From Planctomycetota bacterium (lineage in GTDB: Bacteria; Planctomycetota; UBA1135; UBA2386): a stretch of 64,000 nucleotides of DNA. The DNA lies in assembly GCA_965662465.1 (NCBI GenBank), contig CBFIIO010000012.1, forward strand, positions 6,714-70,713, given 5' to 3'. The notes under the pieces are model-generated. The model did no database searches. It was not told where the DNA came from and saw nothing but the letters and a program-made list of their open reading frames with translations. Made by a program: the position numbers and the translations under genes. Of this stretch, positions 25,742 through 36,276 are shown one piece after another. The number at the start of each line of letters is the position of its first letter. The first letter of the stretch is position 1.

Positions 25742-27670
25742 ATGTCGTCCACCACTGAGAAGCACGTTTTTCAAGCCGAAGTCAACGAGGTCCTATCCCT
25801 CGTCGTCAACTCGCTCTACTCCCACCGAGAGGTGTTCCTTCGGGAGCTAATCAGCAACTCTGCAGATGCACTCGACCAACTTAGTTTCCGCGCCCTTACC
25901 GAGCACGGCCTACTTGGCGAAGACACCGAATTGAGGATCGAGCTGATCTGCGATGAAGCAGCAGGCACACTGACGATCCGCGACAACGGTGTCGGCATGA
26001 CGCGCGACGAGATGATTGGCAACCTTGGCACGATCGCGCGCAGCGGCAGCAAGAAGCTAATGCAATCGCTGTCCGCTGAGCAAAAGAAGGATGTGTCCTT
26101 GATCGGCCAATTCGGTGTTGGCTTCTACTCGGCCTTCCTCGTCTCCGACTCGGTGACCGTCACCTCCCGCAAGGCCGGCAGCGATGAGAGCTGGACATGG
26201 GCAAGCGAAGCAAAAGGCGACTTTGAAATCGGTCCAGCCAAACGCGAAAGCCGCGGAACTGACATCACCCTCAAACTCAAGGAAGACGCAAGCGACTACA
26301 TGAAAGAGTGGCCTCTGCGCGAAGTTGTGCGCAAGTATAGCGACTATGTCCGCTGGCCAATCCAGATGGAAGTCGAGCGCACAACCGGCACAGATGAAGA
26401 CAAGAAGACGGAAAATGAAATCGTCACGCTTAATCAAGCCAGCGCTCTGTGGACTCGCTCGAAAAGCGACATCGTCGATTCCGACTACACAGAGTTCTAC
26501 AAGTCGCTTTCGCATGACTGGCAACCGCCGCTGGCGTGGACGCACTTCAAAGTTGAAGGCACCCATGAACTAGCAGGCCTGCTCTACATTCCAGAAAAGG
26601 CGCCCTTCGATGTTGTTGACCGCGGCAAGAGCGGCATCAAGCTATTCGTCAAACGCGTCTTCATCATGGACGACGCCCAAGAGATCGTGCCGGAATGGCT
26701 GCGCTTCATGCGCGGAGTGATCGACAGCGAAGATCTACCGCTAAACGTGTCGCGCGAGATCTTGCAAAAGGACGCAACGACGCGGTTCATTAAGAAGCAG
26801 GTCGTCGCTAAATCGCTGACGTTGCTCGAAGAACTAGCGGCAGAGGGTGAAATAGAGCGCGCCGTAGAGGGCGCTGCAGAAGACGCCGAGAAGCAAAAGA
26901 TCAATCGATACGACCTGTTCTACAGCGAGTTCGATCGCAACTTGAAGGAAGGCGTCTATCACGAGCAAGACTCCCGCGAACGACTTGCCAACCTTCTCCG
27001 CTTCAACACCACACATGATGACAGCGCCAAGATGACCAGCCTGGCCGACTACGTGTCGCGCATGGGCGAAGATCAGAAGACCATCTACTACGTCGCCGCA
27101 GACAGCCTAGCAGCAGCTAAGGCCAGCCCCCACATCGAAGCACTTAAGAAACATGGCAATGAAGTGTTGCTGATGACTGAAGCTATTGACGAGTGGGTCG
27201 TCGACGCTCTGCGCGAATATGAAGGCAAGCAATTTGTGTCAGCCGCGAAGGGCGCGCTTGATTTGCCCGAGAGCGATGAGGACAAGCAGAAGAAGGAAGA
27301 GATCGAGAAAGAACTAGCACCAGTGCTAGAGCGAGTTCAAACCGCACTCGACGAATGCGTCAAGGCGGTAAGGATTACCGATCGCTTGACCGACTCACCT
27401 GCATGCCTTGTCAATGATGAGGGCGCCATGAGCGCACGCCAAGAGAAGGTGCTGCGCGAAGCAGGCCACGACGTCCCCAAGCAAAAGCGCATCCTCGAAC
27501 TCAACGCAGAACATCCCGTGGTCAAAAAGCTGCAAGGCCTCAGCGAAGACGACAAGTTTGCTGACTGGTCAGCACTGCTCTACGATCAAGCACTACTCGC
27601 CGAAGGCACTCTGCCAGGTGACCCTGCTGCGTTCAGCAAGCGACTCACGTCCCTGATGGCGGGCAACTAA
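25742..27670 (+). CDS. htpG: molecular chaperone HtpG (Hsp90)
   Basis: FQAEVNEVLSLVVNSLYSHREVFLRELISNSADALD and IGQFGVGFYSAF. The 642-aa length fits. Confidence 0.95.
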   Translation: MSSTTEKHVFQAEVNEVLSLVVNSLYSHREVFLRELISNSADALDQLSFRALTEHGLLGEDTELRIELICDEAAGTLTIRDNGVGMTRDEMIGNLGTIARSGSKKLMQSLSAEQKKDVSLIGQFGVGFYSAFLVSDSVTVTSRKAGSDESWTWASEAKGDFEIGPAKRESRGTDITLKLKEDASDYMKEWPLREVVRKYSDYVRWPIQMEVERTTGTDEDKKTENEIVTLNQASALWTRSKSDIVDSDYTEFYKSLSHDWQPPLAWTHFKVEGTHELAGLLYIPEKAPFDVVDRGKSGIKLFVKRVFIMDDAQEIVPEWLRFMRGVIDSEDLPLNVSREILQKDATTRFIKKQVVAKSLTLLEELAAEGEIERAVEGAAEDAEKQKINRYDLFYSEFDRNLKEGVYHEQDSRERLANLLRFNTTHDDSAKMTSLADYVSRMGEDQKTIYYVAADSLAAAKASPHIEALKKHGNEVLLMTEAIDEWVVDALREYEGKQFVSAAKGALDLPESDEDKQKKEEIEKELAPVLERVQTALDECVKAVRITDRLTDSPACLVNDEGAMSARQEKVLREAGHDVPKQKRILELNAEHPVVKKLQGLSEDDKFADWSALLYDQALLAEGTLPGDPAAFSKRLTSLMAGN

Positions 27671-28320
27671 TGGGTAATCTGACTGCTGATCAAGCAATGA
27701 AGCTCTTGCAGTGGCGATATGCCGTCAAGAGCTTCGACAGCAATAAGAAGATTCCTGAGGATGCGTGGGACGCGCTTCAGGAATCCCTGCTACTGGCTCC
27801 GTCATCATTTGGATTGCAGCCATGGAAGTTCATCATCGTCGATGACAAAGACCTTCGCGAGCAGCTTCGTGCTGCTTCATGGAATCAGGCGCAAGTGACT
27901 CAGGCGGACCGCTATGTCGTATTTGCAGCACTTCGAACGACGACTGATCATGACGTTGACCGGCTGATGCAGCGCACCAGTGACGTACGCGGAACGCCTA
28001 TCGAATCACTCGGCGGCTACCGCAACGTCATTGCCGACTTCCTCGTCAAGGGCTGGGCCGCTAAAGATCTTTTCGGCTGGAATGCGCGACAAACCTACAT
28101 CGCACTCGGACAGTTGATGACAACTGCGGCTGCGATGGGCATCGACACCTGCCCGATGGAAGGAATCGACGTGCACGCATATGACGAAGCACTGACCCTC
28201 AAAGATACTCGCTACGCAACACTTTGCGCCTGCGCAGTAGGCTATCGCTCGGATGAGGATAAATACGCAGCGGCCGCCAAGGTTCGCTACCAGCGCGACG
28301 AAGTGATTGAGCGGCGCTAA
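27670..28320 (+). CDS. NAD(P)H nitroreductase-family oxidoreductase
   Basis: RYAVKSFDSNKKIPEDAWDALQESLLLAPSSFGLQPWKFIIV is a typical nitroreductase N-terminus. The ATG overlaps the htpG stop (TAATG). Confidence 0.85.
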   Translation: MGNLTADQAMKLLQWRYAVKSFDSNKKIPEDAWDALQESLLLAPSSFGLQPWKFIIVDDKDLREQLRAASWNQAQVTQADRYVVFAALRTTTDHDVDRLMQRTSDVRGTPIESLGGYRNVIADFLVKGWAAKDLFGWNARQTYIALGQLMTTAAAMGIDTCPMEGIDVHAYDEALTLKDTRYATLCACAVGYRSDEDKYAAAAKVRYQRDEVIERR

Positions 28321-28325
28321 TGCCA

Positions 28326-28349
28326 GTGGCCTGCGTAAACGCAGGCCAC
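28326..28349. terminator. perfect 10-bp stem / 4-nt loop hairpin between convergent genes
   Basis: GTGGCCTGCG (28326-28335), TAAA loop, CGCAGGCCAC (28340-28349). It lies 5 nt after the stop at 28320 (+) and 31 nt from the stop at 28381 (-). No U-tract. Confidence 0.55.
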
Positions 28350-28380
28350 GAACTGAATCAACGACCTAGCAGTCAGCGAC

Positions 28381-30090
28381 CTACAGGTAAGTGTAAGTGG
28401 TCGAGGCGGAGCAGCCGCCGGGGGTCGTAATCACTACCGGCTGCACGCCAACCGTGCCAGGTGGAACATTCATCGTAATGACGCCTGAACTTGCCGAAAG
28501 GATGCTTGCTGGGTTGCCACCTACCGTGACCGTAGAGCCAGCTGAGAAGCCCGAACCCTGCACGATGAACACTCCACCACCCGCTGCGGGGCCTTGGCCC
28601 AACACGGTGTTAGTGACAGCTGGAGTCGGGTTCATCACGGCACTAACAGACTGACCATCCGGATTGGTTAGAACCAACGTCGAGTCGCAGACTAGACCGG
28701 CAGGATATGCAAACTGAACGGAACTGGATGTAACGGAAAGCGGCGCAACTGCTCCACCCGCAATTGTCAGCGACAACCCAGGCACAAAGCCTTCACCGGC
28801 AATCGTGACTGGTCCGCCCGCAGTCGTACTCAGAGGGGTGACCGCATTAATCGTTGGCGGGCCAACCTGCAAAACAGCCAATTCCACCGCGTTGGTCAAG
28901 CCAACGGTCAGCGGCGACGCCGTATCGAATGTGACCGCCTGCATGGTCATCTCCAACGGGAACGTAATGATTCCAGCGGGAATGTTGATCGAGTGCGGCG
29001 TCGGCAGTGCCGGCAATAAGCCTGTGCTGACGCTAAAGACATTCGCAAGCAACAACTCAGCAGGGCTCAGCGGAAGCATCGGAAAGCATGCATTCCCGAA
29101 ACCAAGATTGGTGCCAATAGCACCTGGTTGCGGCAACAAGGAACCTACCAAGACATAGGGAGCACCTGCGCCATATGCCGGCGGATTGGCAACGTCGATG
29201 CTAAACGGTTGATGCGTAGCAATCTCAACTCGACGGGAAAATCCGCCGACACTGCCATCAATCGTAAGCGTGTCGTCGCCAAGCGTACCTTCATAGCAAG
29301 GGTCATTGAATGGCGTCGAAACCCAGTCCCAGGACAGAATGTCGACCTGCTCAGACAAAGCCAGCGTAGCGCCAGTTGTCGCACAGAAACCTGCAAAGCC
29401 AGTGCCAGAAGCTGAGCCTATGCCACCAATAGAGTTTCCGCTCAGTAAAGTGCCGCCCGTGACCAAGTCATATGGGCGCGACAACAGCGGCGTTGGCGAG
29501 TTGTCGTAGTAGACCTCAATCGTTCCTGGGACGTAGACCACGCGCACCGTGTGAATCTGCCCGTTCACGAAATTAGTTGGCGCAGTGATTCGACCAATCG
29601 ACCATGACTCAGCTTCGTTGTTACCCAACGCACCACGAGTATGGATAGTCAGTTCGTTGTTGCTGGTATCGCCCAAGAAATTGTCCCGGTAGGTGTCGAG
29701 CTCAATCGCAATTGAGTTACGAATTCCCTGACTGCTATTTGCACCACTGCCATACCCCATGCCCCAGATCGTTCCGCCTGTAGCTGTCGCACCATTTGGA
29801 TCGGCCTGAATGACCAGCGCCATGCCCTCAGCCTTACCACCACCGGGCGGCGGCGTGATACGGAACGTGAAGGTCGTGTCAAAGCCGTTGACAATCGGCA
29901 TTGCACCCTGATGCCACAGCCAACCAGTTTGGTTCGTAGCACTTGCAGTCAGGCGCACCGCGTTTCCGGCCTGCACGGTATTGCCCAACAGGTTGAGCTG
30001 AGCCGTTGACGAAAAGTCTGGGTAGGAAAAGGACTGCGCGCTAGCAGCAACGCAGAGCAGACCGCATGCGGCCAAGCTGTGTCGAAACAT
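28381..30090 (-). CDS. secreted protein: N-terminal L-type (legume-like) lectin/ConA-like domain plus C-terminal IPT/TIG repeats
   Basis: ORF track starts at TTG 30102; the ATG at 30090 gives MFRHSLAACGLLCVAASAQS. The N-terminus SFSYPDFSSTAQLNLLGNTVQAGNAVRLTASATNQTGWLWH..GFDTTFTFRI..AEGMALVIQ follows the legume-lectin strand pattern. The C-terminus has IPT-like units (PTINAVTPLSTTAGGPVTIAGEGF, VLGQGPAAGGGVFIVQGSGF). Confidence 0.7.
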   Translation of the reverse strand: MFRHSLAACGLLCVAASAQSFSYPDFSSTAQLNLLGNTVQAGNAVRLTASATNQTGWLWHQGAMPIVNGFDTTFTFRITPPPGGGKAEGMALVIQADPNGATATGGTIWGMGYGSGANSSQGIRNSIAIELDTYRDNFLGDTSNNELTIHTRGALGNNEAESWSIGRITAPTNFVNGQIHTVRVVYVPGTIEVYYDNSPTPLLSRPYDLVTGGTLLSGNSIGGIGSASGTGFAGFCATTGATLALSEQVDILSWDWVSTPFNDPCYEGTLGDDTLTIDGSVGGFSRRVEIATHQPFSIDVANPPAYGAGAPYVLVGSLLPQPGAIGTNLGFGNACFPMLPLSPAELLLANVFSVSTGLLPALPTPHSINIPAGIITFPLEMTMQAVTFDTASPLTVGLTNAVELAVLQVGPPTINAVTPLSTTAGGPVTIAGEGFVPGLSLTIAGGAVAPLSVTSSSVQFAYPAGLVCDSTLVLTNPDGQSVSAVMNPTPAVTNTVLGQGPAAGGGVFIVQGSGFSAGSTVTVGGNPASILSASSGVITMNVPPGTVGVQPVVITTPGGCSASTTYTYL

Positions 30091-30276
30091 CAGTAAATGC
30101 AAACTATGTGGTGATTGAAAAGTTGCGGGCGAGGCAGAACAGTCTAGCCAGACAAGAGCATCATGCGATACCCCGTGGAACTCGGCGCCTGACTACGTGA
30201 ACCTCAGTTGCGATCAGCCGAAATAAAGTCCTGAACAGCTTCCCAGCCAAATCGGTCTTCGTTCAACGACTACAAG

Positions 30277-30798
30277 TCAGCGCAGCCATTGCTGCATCCC
30301 ACGTGCCCAAACATCACGCTTCTCGGCAAACTTCATGCTCGCGTGAGCTGGACTCGTCGAAGGCAATTGCTGTGCCAAGAGATCTGGACGCCGCACCAGG
30401 ATTCCTGGCATCACACGCTGCTTGAACAGCTTGAACGCTGTCCCACCATTACAGAAAACGGCCATAACACTTGGGTGATCGGCAAGAAATCGATCGAAGT
30501 CATTGGTCTGAATCGATTCTGGATCGATGGCACTGTCGAGGCTGCCTGGACGCGCACAGCTCGCGAGAACGTCCCACAACGCAATACCCGCGTCCTGCGC
30601 TCTCTGCAGTCGCTGTTCGTAGGGAAGCGCTACGTCGAAGCCACACAGATCGGACACGATCGGCCAAAAAGCGTTGCGCGGATGAGCGTAGTAACGCTGC
30701 GCCTCGAGCGAGGCGATACCGGGAATACTGCCAAGTATCAATATTCGCGCATCAGGTCGCGACACAGGTAAGAAGCTAGAGACGTTCGTCACAGTCAC
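30277..30798 (-). CDS. DNA-deoxyinosine (hypoxanthine) glycosylase, UDG family 6
   Basis: ILILGSIPGIASLEAQRYYAHPRNAFWPIV is the family signature as I recall it. The 173-aa length fits. Confidence 0.8.
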   Translation of the reverse strand: MTVTNVSSFLPVSRPDARILILGSIPGIASLEAQRYYAHPRNAFWPIVSDLCGFDVALPYEQRLQRAQDAGIALWDVLASCARPGSLDSAIDPESIQTNDFDRFLADHPSVMAVFCNGGTAFKLFKQRVMPGILVRRPDLLAQQLPSTSPAHASMKFAEKRDVWARGMQQWLR

Positions 30799-30834
30799 AA
30801 TCTACTCGAAGCACATTTGTGGTAGGAAGGAAGC

Positions 30835-32409
30835 ATGTCAGCACCCGCTATGCTTCATCGCTTCCTTGACGCGCTTCCAGGTGACGCCGAAACGGCCCCC
30901 CAGTCACGCGAAGTCACGGGGGCTATGTGGTCGAAGGTCCAGCCCACCAAGGTAGCAAAACCCAAAATGCTAGCATGGTCCGCCCCGCTGGCTAAAGAAC
31001 TGGGGCTGAGCGACGAACTGATGGGCGAAGACGAGACTACGCGTGTCCTCAGCGGCAATTCGCTTTGGCCGGGGATGAGTCCCTATGCGGCAAACTACGG
31101 CGGGCACCAATTTGGCCACTGGGCTGGCCAGCTTGGTGACGGCCGAGCGATTGTGCTGGGCGAACTGCAGAAACCCGACGGAATCAGCGTCGAACTCCAA
31201 CTCAAGGGCGCTGGCCCCACCGCATACTCCCGAAGTGGCGACGGCCGTGCCGTGCTGCGGTCTTCCATCCGAGAGTTCTTGTGTAGCGAAGCTATGCATG
31301 CGCTAGGCGTCCCTACAACTCGCGCACTATCCCTAATACAGACGGGCGACCAAATCGTGCGCGACATGTTCTACGACGGCAACGCGCGTCAAGAGCCAGG
31401 CGCGATCGTCTGCCGCGTTGCCCCCTCCTTTCTGCGATTTGGTAGCTATCAATTACCATACTCACGCAACGACCACTCATTGCTGAAGACGTTGGCCGAC
31501 TTCACTTTGAAAAACTGGTTCCCACAGTTCGCCGATCAAGGCAAGGCAGGCTACGCCGGTTGGCTTGCCGAAGTAGCTGACCGCACCGCACAAATGATGG
31601 CGCATTGGCAAGCAGTTGGATTTGTGCATGGAGTGCTCAATACCGACAACATGTCAATCCTCGGACTAACAATCGACTACGGGCCATATGGCTGGACCGA
31701 CAACTACGACACCGGCTGGACGCCTAACACAACGGACGAAAGGCAGCATCGGTATGCATTTGGCAACCAGCCAACGATCGGTTTGTGGAACATCGCACGA
31801 CTCGGTGAAGCACTACTGCCACTACTAGAGGGTGACGAGTCCTGCATTGAAGATGCCGCTACACGCTACAAGAACGCCTATAGCGAGAATGCCACGAAAC
31901 GATTCGCAGACAAACTCGGCATCACATTCAGCAAAGACCATCAAGACGAACGGCTCATACAAGATGTGTTCGAGTGGCTTGGTCGCGAAGAAACGGACAT
32001 GACGGTCTTCTTTCGCTCGCTGGCAAGCGTTGTGGTTGATCCAGAGAATCCGACAACCATGCCGGCGCAGTGCCAAGCGGCATTCTATGGTACCCCTTCA
32101 GAGTCGCACCAAGCCGAAGGCGTTGCTTGGCTACAGCGGTGGTGGCAGCGGACTCGCAAAGAAGCGAACGCCCCACAAGTAATCGCAACACAACTCAACC
32201 AAACCAACCCCAAATATGTGCTGCGCAACTGGCTGTCTCAGACCGCTATCGATGCCGCTCACAAGGGCGATCTATCGATGCTAGAGCGGCTACTAAAGGT
32301 CATGCAGCAACCATTTGATGAACAACCGGATCATGAAGAACTTGCTGCGAAAAGGCCGGAATGGGCACGCAACAAGGCAGGCTGCTCAGCACTCTCGTGT
32401 AGCTCGTAG
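30835..32409 (+). CDS. selO: protein adenylyltransferase SelO (YdiU)
   Basis: YAANYGGHQFGHWAGQLGDGRAI, LKGAGPTAYSR, HGVLNTDNMSILGLTIDYGPYG. Confidence 0.95.
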   Translation: MSAPAMLHRFLDALPGDAETAPQSREVTGAMWSKVQPTKVAKPKMLAWSAPLAKELGLSDELMGEDETTRVLSGNSLWPGMSPYAANYGGHQFGHWAGQLGDGRAIVLGELQKPDGISVELQLKGAGPTAYSRSGDGRAVLRSSIREFLCSEAMHALGVPTTRALSLIQTGDQIVRDMFYDGNARQEPGAIVCRVAPSFLRFGSYQLPYSRNDHSLLKTLADFTLKNWFPQFADQGKAGYAGWLAEVADRTAQMMAHWQAVGFVHGVLNTDNMSILGLTIDYGPYGWTDNYDTGWTPNTTDERQHRYAFGNQPTIGLWNIARLGEALLPLLEGDESCIEDAATRYKNAYSENATKRFADKLGITFSKDHQDERLIQDVFEWLGREETDMTVFFRSLASVVVDPENPTTMPAQCQAAFYGTPSESHQAEGVAWLQRWWQRTRKEANAPQVIATQLNQTNPKYVLRNWLSQTAIDAAHKGDLSMLERLLKVMQQPFDEQPDHEELAAKRPEWARNKAGCSALSCSS

Positions 32410-32413
32410 CGGC

Positions 32414-33370
32414 TTACTTGCCTTTCTTAGCCTCACCATCTAGGTGAACTCTAATTTTGCCAGCAACCATGCTCATGAGATCGTTAGGGACGGGCACGGT
32501 CAGGTTGTACTGACGAATAACCCAGCTTCCGGCACGCCGCTCCAGCACACCCGTGCCGCGACACTCACCGTATCCCAGGTTATCGAGAGCCTCATCAAAC
32601 CACGCAACCTTGCCGTCGGCGCTAAGCGTGACGTATCGATCAAGCGGCACATACGTCCATGCAGAAGCACGCTTGAAGTATGGCATCGCGAATGAACGGA
32701 ACTGCTTGCCTGTCCATCTCTCCGTTGCATCGGTGCCCAAAAATACTGAGTCGTCTGGCAAGATCGTAAAGTATCGGTCCTCATCACCAACTGCTGCCGC
32801 ATCGTGAAACGAGTCAAGAACCTGATGCACTGCTTGAGCAGGACCAACTTGCTTTCGTTGGCTGTGCCACAATGTAAGTTGCTCACGAATCTGAACAGCA
32901 TCCGTCGCAGCTAAGTTCTTCACCTTGCGTTTTGGCAACCGACGCAACGCCTTCAAATCGACACCAGCCAAATCGCCAACCACTAGGGCAGCCTGAAACT
33001 CCTGCCGCTGCCCTAGCAATGCCGTGATCGCCTGCTGACAATCACTTGCAATGACCGCGTAGACACCGCCATGTGCGATACGAATGCGCTGCCGCACAGT
33101 CGTCATCAAGGAACCAAGATCTTTTGCACTCAGTGGTTCACTTAACTTCACTACCGCAAATCCGGCGGCAGCGAGCGTAGAGCTCAGCTTGCTGCGCCGC
33201 CCCTCATCACCAGCACACCACAAAACAACAACTGGCACCCATTGATCTGCCTGGTAGCCACTTGGGTATTCAACAGCGGAGATGTCATCGCTAGACGTTG
33301 AATCGACTTGCGCCGCAAGACAAACCGCAGAAAGCACAGCGACCAGGGCAAGCTTGAGTAGATCGGCCAT
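32414..33370 (-). CDS. secreted protein with C-terminal NTF2/SnoaL-like domain
   Basis: Signal peptide MADLLKLALVAVLSAVCLAAQ. The C-terminal ~120 aa (DRYFTILPDDSVFLGTDATERWTGKQF...VAWFDEAL...GECRGTGVLERRAGSWVIRQYNLTVPVPN) matches the SnoaL_3/NTF2-like pattern. The N-terminal half is unassigned. Confidence 0.6.
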   Translation of the reverse strand: MADLLKLALVAVLSAVCLAAQVDSTSSDDISAVEYPSGYQADQWVPVVVLWCAGDEGRRSKLSSTLAAAGFAVVKLSEPLSAKDLGSLMTTVRQRIRIAHGGVYAVIASDCQQAITALLGQRQEFQAALVVGDLAGVDLKALRRLPKRKVKNLAATDAVQIREQLTLWHSQRKQVGPAQAVHQVLDSFHDAAAVGDEDRYFTILPDDSVFLGTDATERWTGKQFRSFAMPYFKRASAWTYVPLDRYVTLSADGKVAWFDEALDNLGYGECRGTGVLERRAGSWVIRQYNLTVPVPNDLMSMVAGKIRVHLDGEAKKGK

Positions 33371-33518
33371 AAGCTGATCATGCTAAGTCACACTTAAGAT
33401 CACACCCGGAAACATAAAACGGCCTCAGACAAAGCTACCCGCCGGCAAAAAAGTTGCAGGCAATGGCTAAATCTGCGCTTAAGCCGCCGGCTCCGAAACC
33501 TCGTATACCGCGCCTCAA

Positions 33519-36215
33519 TCAGCGTGACTCCGTCGCCGTGAGAATCCCCTGAAAGAACATTTTCGCGGTTCCGAGCGACTGCCCCCGATAGGTCGCATCG
33601 ATTCCGTAAAGAAGAACGCGCCCCTTGCCAACTTGGGCTGAGATTACGCCGACCTTGCCATGTAGATGCTCAGTGCCAATGGCCCAACCGCTGAGCAGCG
33701 TGTCCTCAGTCCGATAACTAGCCACCACATCGATGCCTGCATGGTCTTCTTCGACACTTAATATCGTAGCTGACTTGTACATCATCGCTGCCATGTCCTT
33801 AGTAGTACCGCGCGCAATGTCGTGAGCCGTGTCAACTTCGATCGCAAGCAGAGATCCTGGAATGTAGTATTCGTCGCGGGTCGTAGCACGCTCGCCATTT
33901 TCGAAGTCAGGATCATCTGTCGGCACATGAGTTCCGACTTTGATCGGCAACTCAAAGTGGCGAATAACTTTTTCAACTTCACGACCAAGCGCCATCAAGG
34001 TTCCACCTTGCGCCACGAAATCACGAAGTGCTGGCAACGCCTTGTCACCAGTTAACTTGGTATCCCGTGCTTCAATATTACTCCAGTCTTGAAAGGACGG
34101 TAGCGACGACTTGAGCTGGGCATACTTTGGTGGCTTGCGCTGCCGCGCAGCACGCTGCAAGTCACGCGGGCCCGGCAACCCCGTATGAAAGATGAGCACA
34201 TCGAAGTCGCGACCCAGCTCGCCTTCCTGAATGCGATCTCCCCAAACCAACTGCACGGGGAACTCAAACTCTTCTAGCAACCATTGATCCCAGCCCGTTG
34301 GCATATTTCCGCCGTAGACATCAAACAGCCCAATTCGCTGAGGACGAATCTTGCGCCGCTTCTCGCCGACATCGGGCGTTTTGGCTTGAGCTACAACCCC
34401 CAGGTCGCCAGCTGCCTTGCTAAGCACCTGACTGGATTGGGTCGTTACTGGCACGACATAGTGACCGCTAGCTGAATACTCGACCACGCAACCCGCAGAG
34501 AGCAGTCGGTTGACTGCGATGATTGAGTGAAGGTCATGAACATCAATTTGCCAGTGCGAAGTCGGCTGAGGGAGGGTGCGACTTGTGAATCCCGGTAGAG
34601 ATGTAATCAGCTCAAATGGACCATTCAGCGACTCATAAGTACGCTCGACCTCAACATCCATTTGCATAGCCAACGTCCAACCTGCGGCATCGTAGGGAGG
34701 GACCGGCTTGCCATCACGCAGGTCATCTGGATGCCACTGCGGCTCCATCTGGTCAAGCACGTGGGCGCGATAAGGTTGGTCGCACAGAATCACTAACGAC
34801 CCAGCCGGCATCGTCTTGCCGTTTAAGGGAAATGCCTCATTGGCAAAATGCATGTCAACGCCGCAGTAGTAGAGCGACCGCGCGAGACGAATGACTGCTG
34901 ACCAGTCAGCCTGGTCAGCAGGCAACACATACGCACGTGGATCTCGCCACTCTGGATCAGTGAAGACACTGTCGTCTTCCCGCCTCTTCGCTTCGTTAAC
35001 CAAACGCGGCGTAGGCGTCCAGTAGTCCTTGCTGCCGTTAGCGATGGCTCTGCTCGCCATGACATACATGCCTTCAAGCAGCTCATCGCCAAATCGTGAT
35101 GCATAATCGAGAATGCCTAGATTAGCGGTTTGCAGATACTCGATTGTTTGCCGCGCATGCCACATCTGCGCACCGATCGGCTGCGGGTAGTCGTGGTAAG
35201 ACAAGCGACGCTTAAGAGGCTGCCGAAGCTGAGTTGGCTCGGGCCGCCCAAAGGACTCCGTCAAGATGCCAATGACGTTGTGAAAGTATCCAGTCGATCG
35301 AAGACCACCGTTCCACCAGCCCGAGTAAGAGGCACCGCTGCGAGAAATGACACCAGGCTTATCCTCGAGGGCAAAGCGGTTGTTCATGTGTGCAGCAACG
35401 ATCTCGATGCCACGCAACACCAGCGGATCGACTAGGAAATTAGACGGATCACGAAACGGCGGCGTGTAGATGATCGTGTGACGTGGTGCGGTCTGGTGGT
35501 GGTTGTAGACGATCTGTGGGCACCATGTACGGAAGAAGACACGGCTGATATTTTGAGCCTCTGGTTGTCGACACGCGTAGAAGTCACGGTTGTTGTCATG
35601 ACCAACATAGCGCTGGTAAAGGACTGGCGTTGACATGCTGCCTCCCTTGCCAGTCTTGGGATCCTGCGTTCCCATGTAAGCACTTGCAACTAACTCTAAA
35701 CCGTCAGGGTTTACCGGCGTCGCCAGCAGCACCACTTCATCAAGAATCCGCAGCGCTTCCTTGTCGCTGCGCGAGGTCATCTGCCAGACTAGCTCGATAA
35801 TGTTTTGGCCAGCGATCGACTCGGTCGCATGCAAACCGGCATCGATCCAAATGACTGGCTTACCATGCTGTCGCAGCTCAGCGGCGGCCTCCTTATCGAG
35901 GTCTCCTGGGTGCGCCATCTTGACGCTGATTTCGCGCAATCGATCAACATTGGCAAGGTTGTCTGGCGAGGTGATGACCGCCATCAACATACGCTGGCCA
36001 TAACTCGTCTCGCCAATGTCGACGAGCTTCATGCGATCACTCTTGGCCTCGACGGCCCGGAAGTAGCGAACCATGTCGCTATAGTTGATCAACTTGTAGT
36101 CAGCACCGACTACATGGCCGAAGAACTCTTTCGGGCTAGGCACCTGGGCACCCAAAGACAAAGCCGAACAACAAGCGGCCACTAGGAAGAGGACTGCAGA
36201 GCGGGAAAATGCCAT
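33519..36215 (-). CDS. large secreted M14-family metallocarboxypeptidase-like protein
   Basis: Signal peptide MAFSRSAVLFLVAACCSALSLGAQ. HxxE zinc motif in IDAGLHATESIAG, followed by NPDG and a long C-terminal extension (898 aa total). Confidence 0.75.
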   Translation of the reverse strand: MAFSRSAVLFLVAACCSALSLGAQVPSPKEFFGHVVGADYKLINYSDMVRYFRAVEAKSDRMKLVDIGETSYGQRMLMAVITSPDNLANVDRLREISVKMAHPGDLDKEAAAELRQHGKPVIWIDAGLHATESIAGQNIIELVWQMTSRSDKEALRILDEVVLLATPVNPDGLELVASAYMGTQDPKTGKGGSMSTPVLYQRYVGHDNNRDFYACRQPEAQNISRVFFRTWCPQIVYNHHQTAPRHTIIYTPPFRDPSNFLVDPLVLRGIEIVAAHMNNRFALEDKPGVISRSGASYSGWWNGGLRSTGYFHNVIGILTESFGRPEPTQLRQPLKRRLSYHDYPQPIGAQMWHARQTIEYLQTANLGILDYASRFGDELLEGMYVMASRAIANGSKDYWTPTPRLVNEAKRREDDSVFTDPEWRDPRAYVLPADQADWSAVIRLARSLYYCGVDMHFANEAFPLNGKTMPAGSLVILCDQPYRAHVLDQMEPQWHPDDLRDGKPVPPYDAAGWTLAMQMDVEVERTYESLNGPFELITSLPGFTSRTLPQPTSHWQIDVHDLHSIIAVNRLLSAGCVVEYSASGHYVVPVTTQSSQVLSKAAGDLGVVAQAKTPDVGEKRRKIRPQRIGLFDVYGGNMPTGWDQWLLEEFEFPVQLVWGDRIQEGELGRDFDVLIFHTGLPGPRDLQRAARQRKPPKYAQLKSSLPSFQDWSNIEARDTKLTGDKALPALRDFVAQGGTLMALGREVEKVIRHFELPIKVGTHVPTDDPDFENGERATTRDEYYIPGSLLAIEVDTAHDIARGTTKDMAAMMYKSATILSVEEDHAGIDVVASYRTEDTLLSGWAIGTEHLHGKVGVISAQVGKGRVLLYGIDATYRGQSLGTAKMFFQGILTATESR

Positions 36216-36276
36216 CGAGGCTCGATACTAAGCCCACCAAGTCTCGATCTTCACTGAGAAGCGCGGCGCTCGCCAG

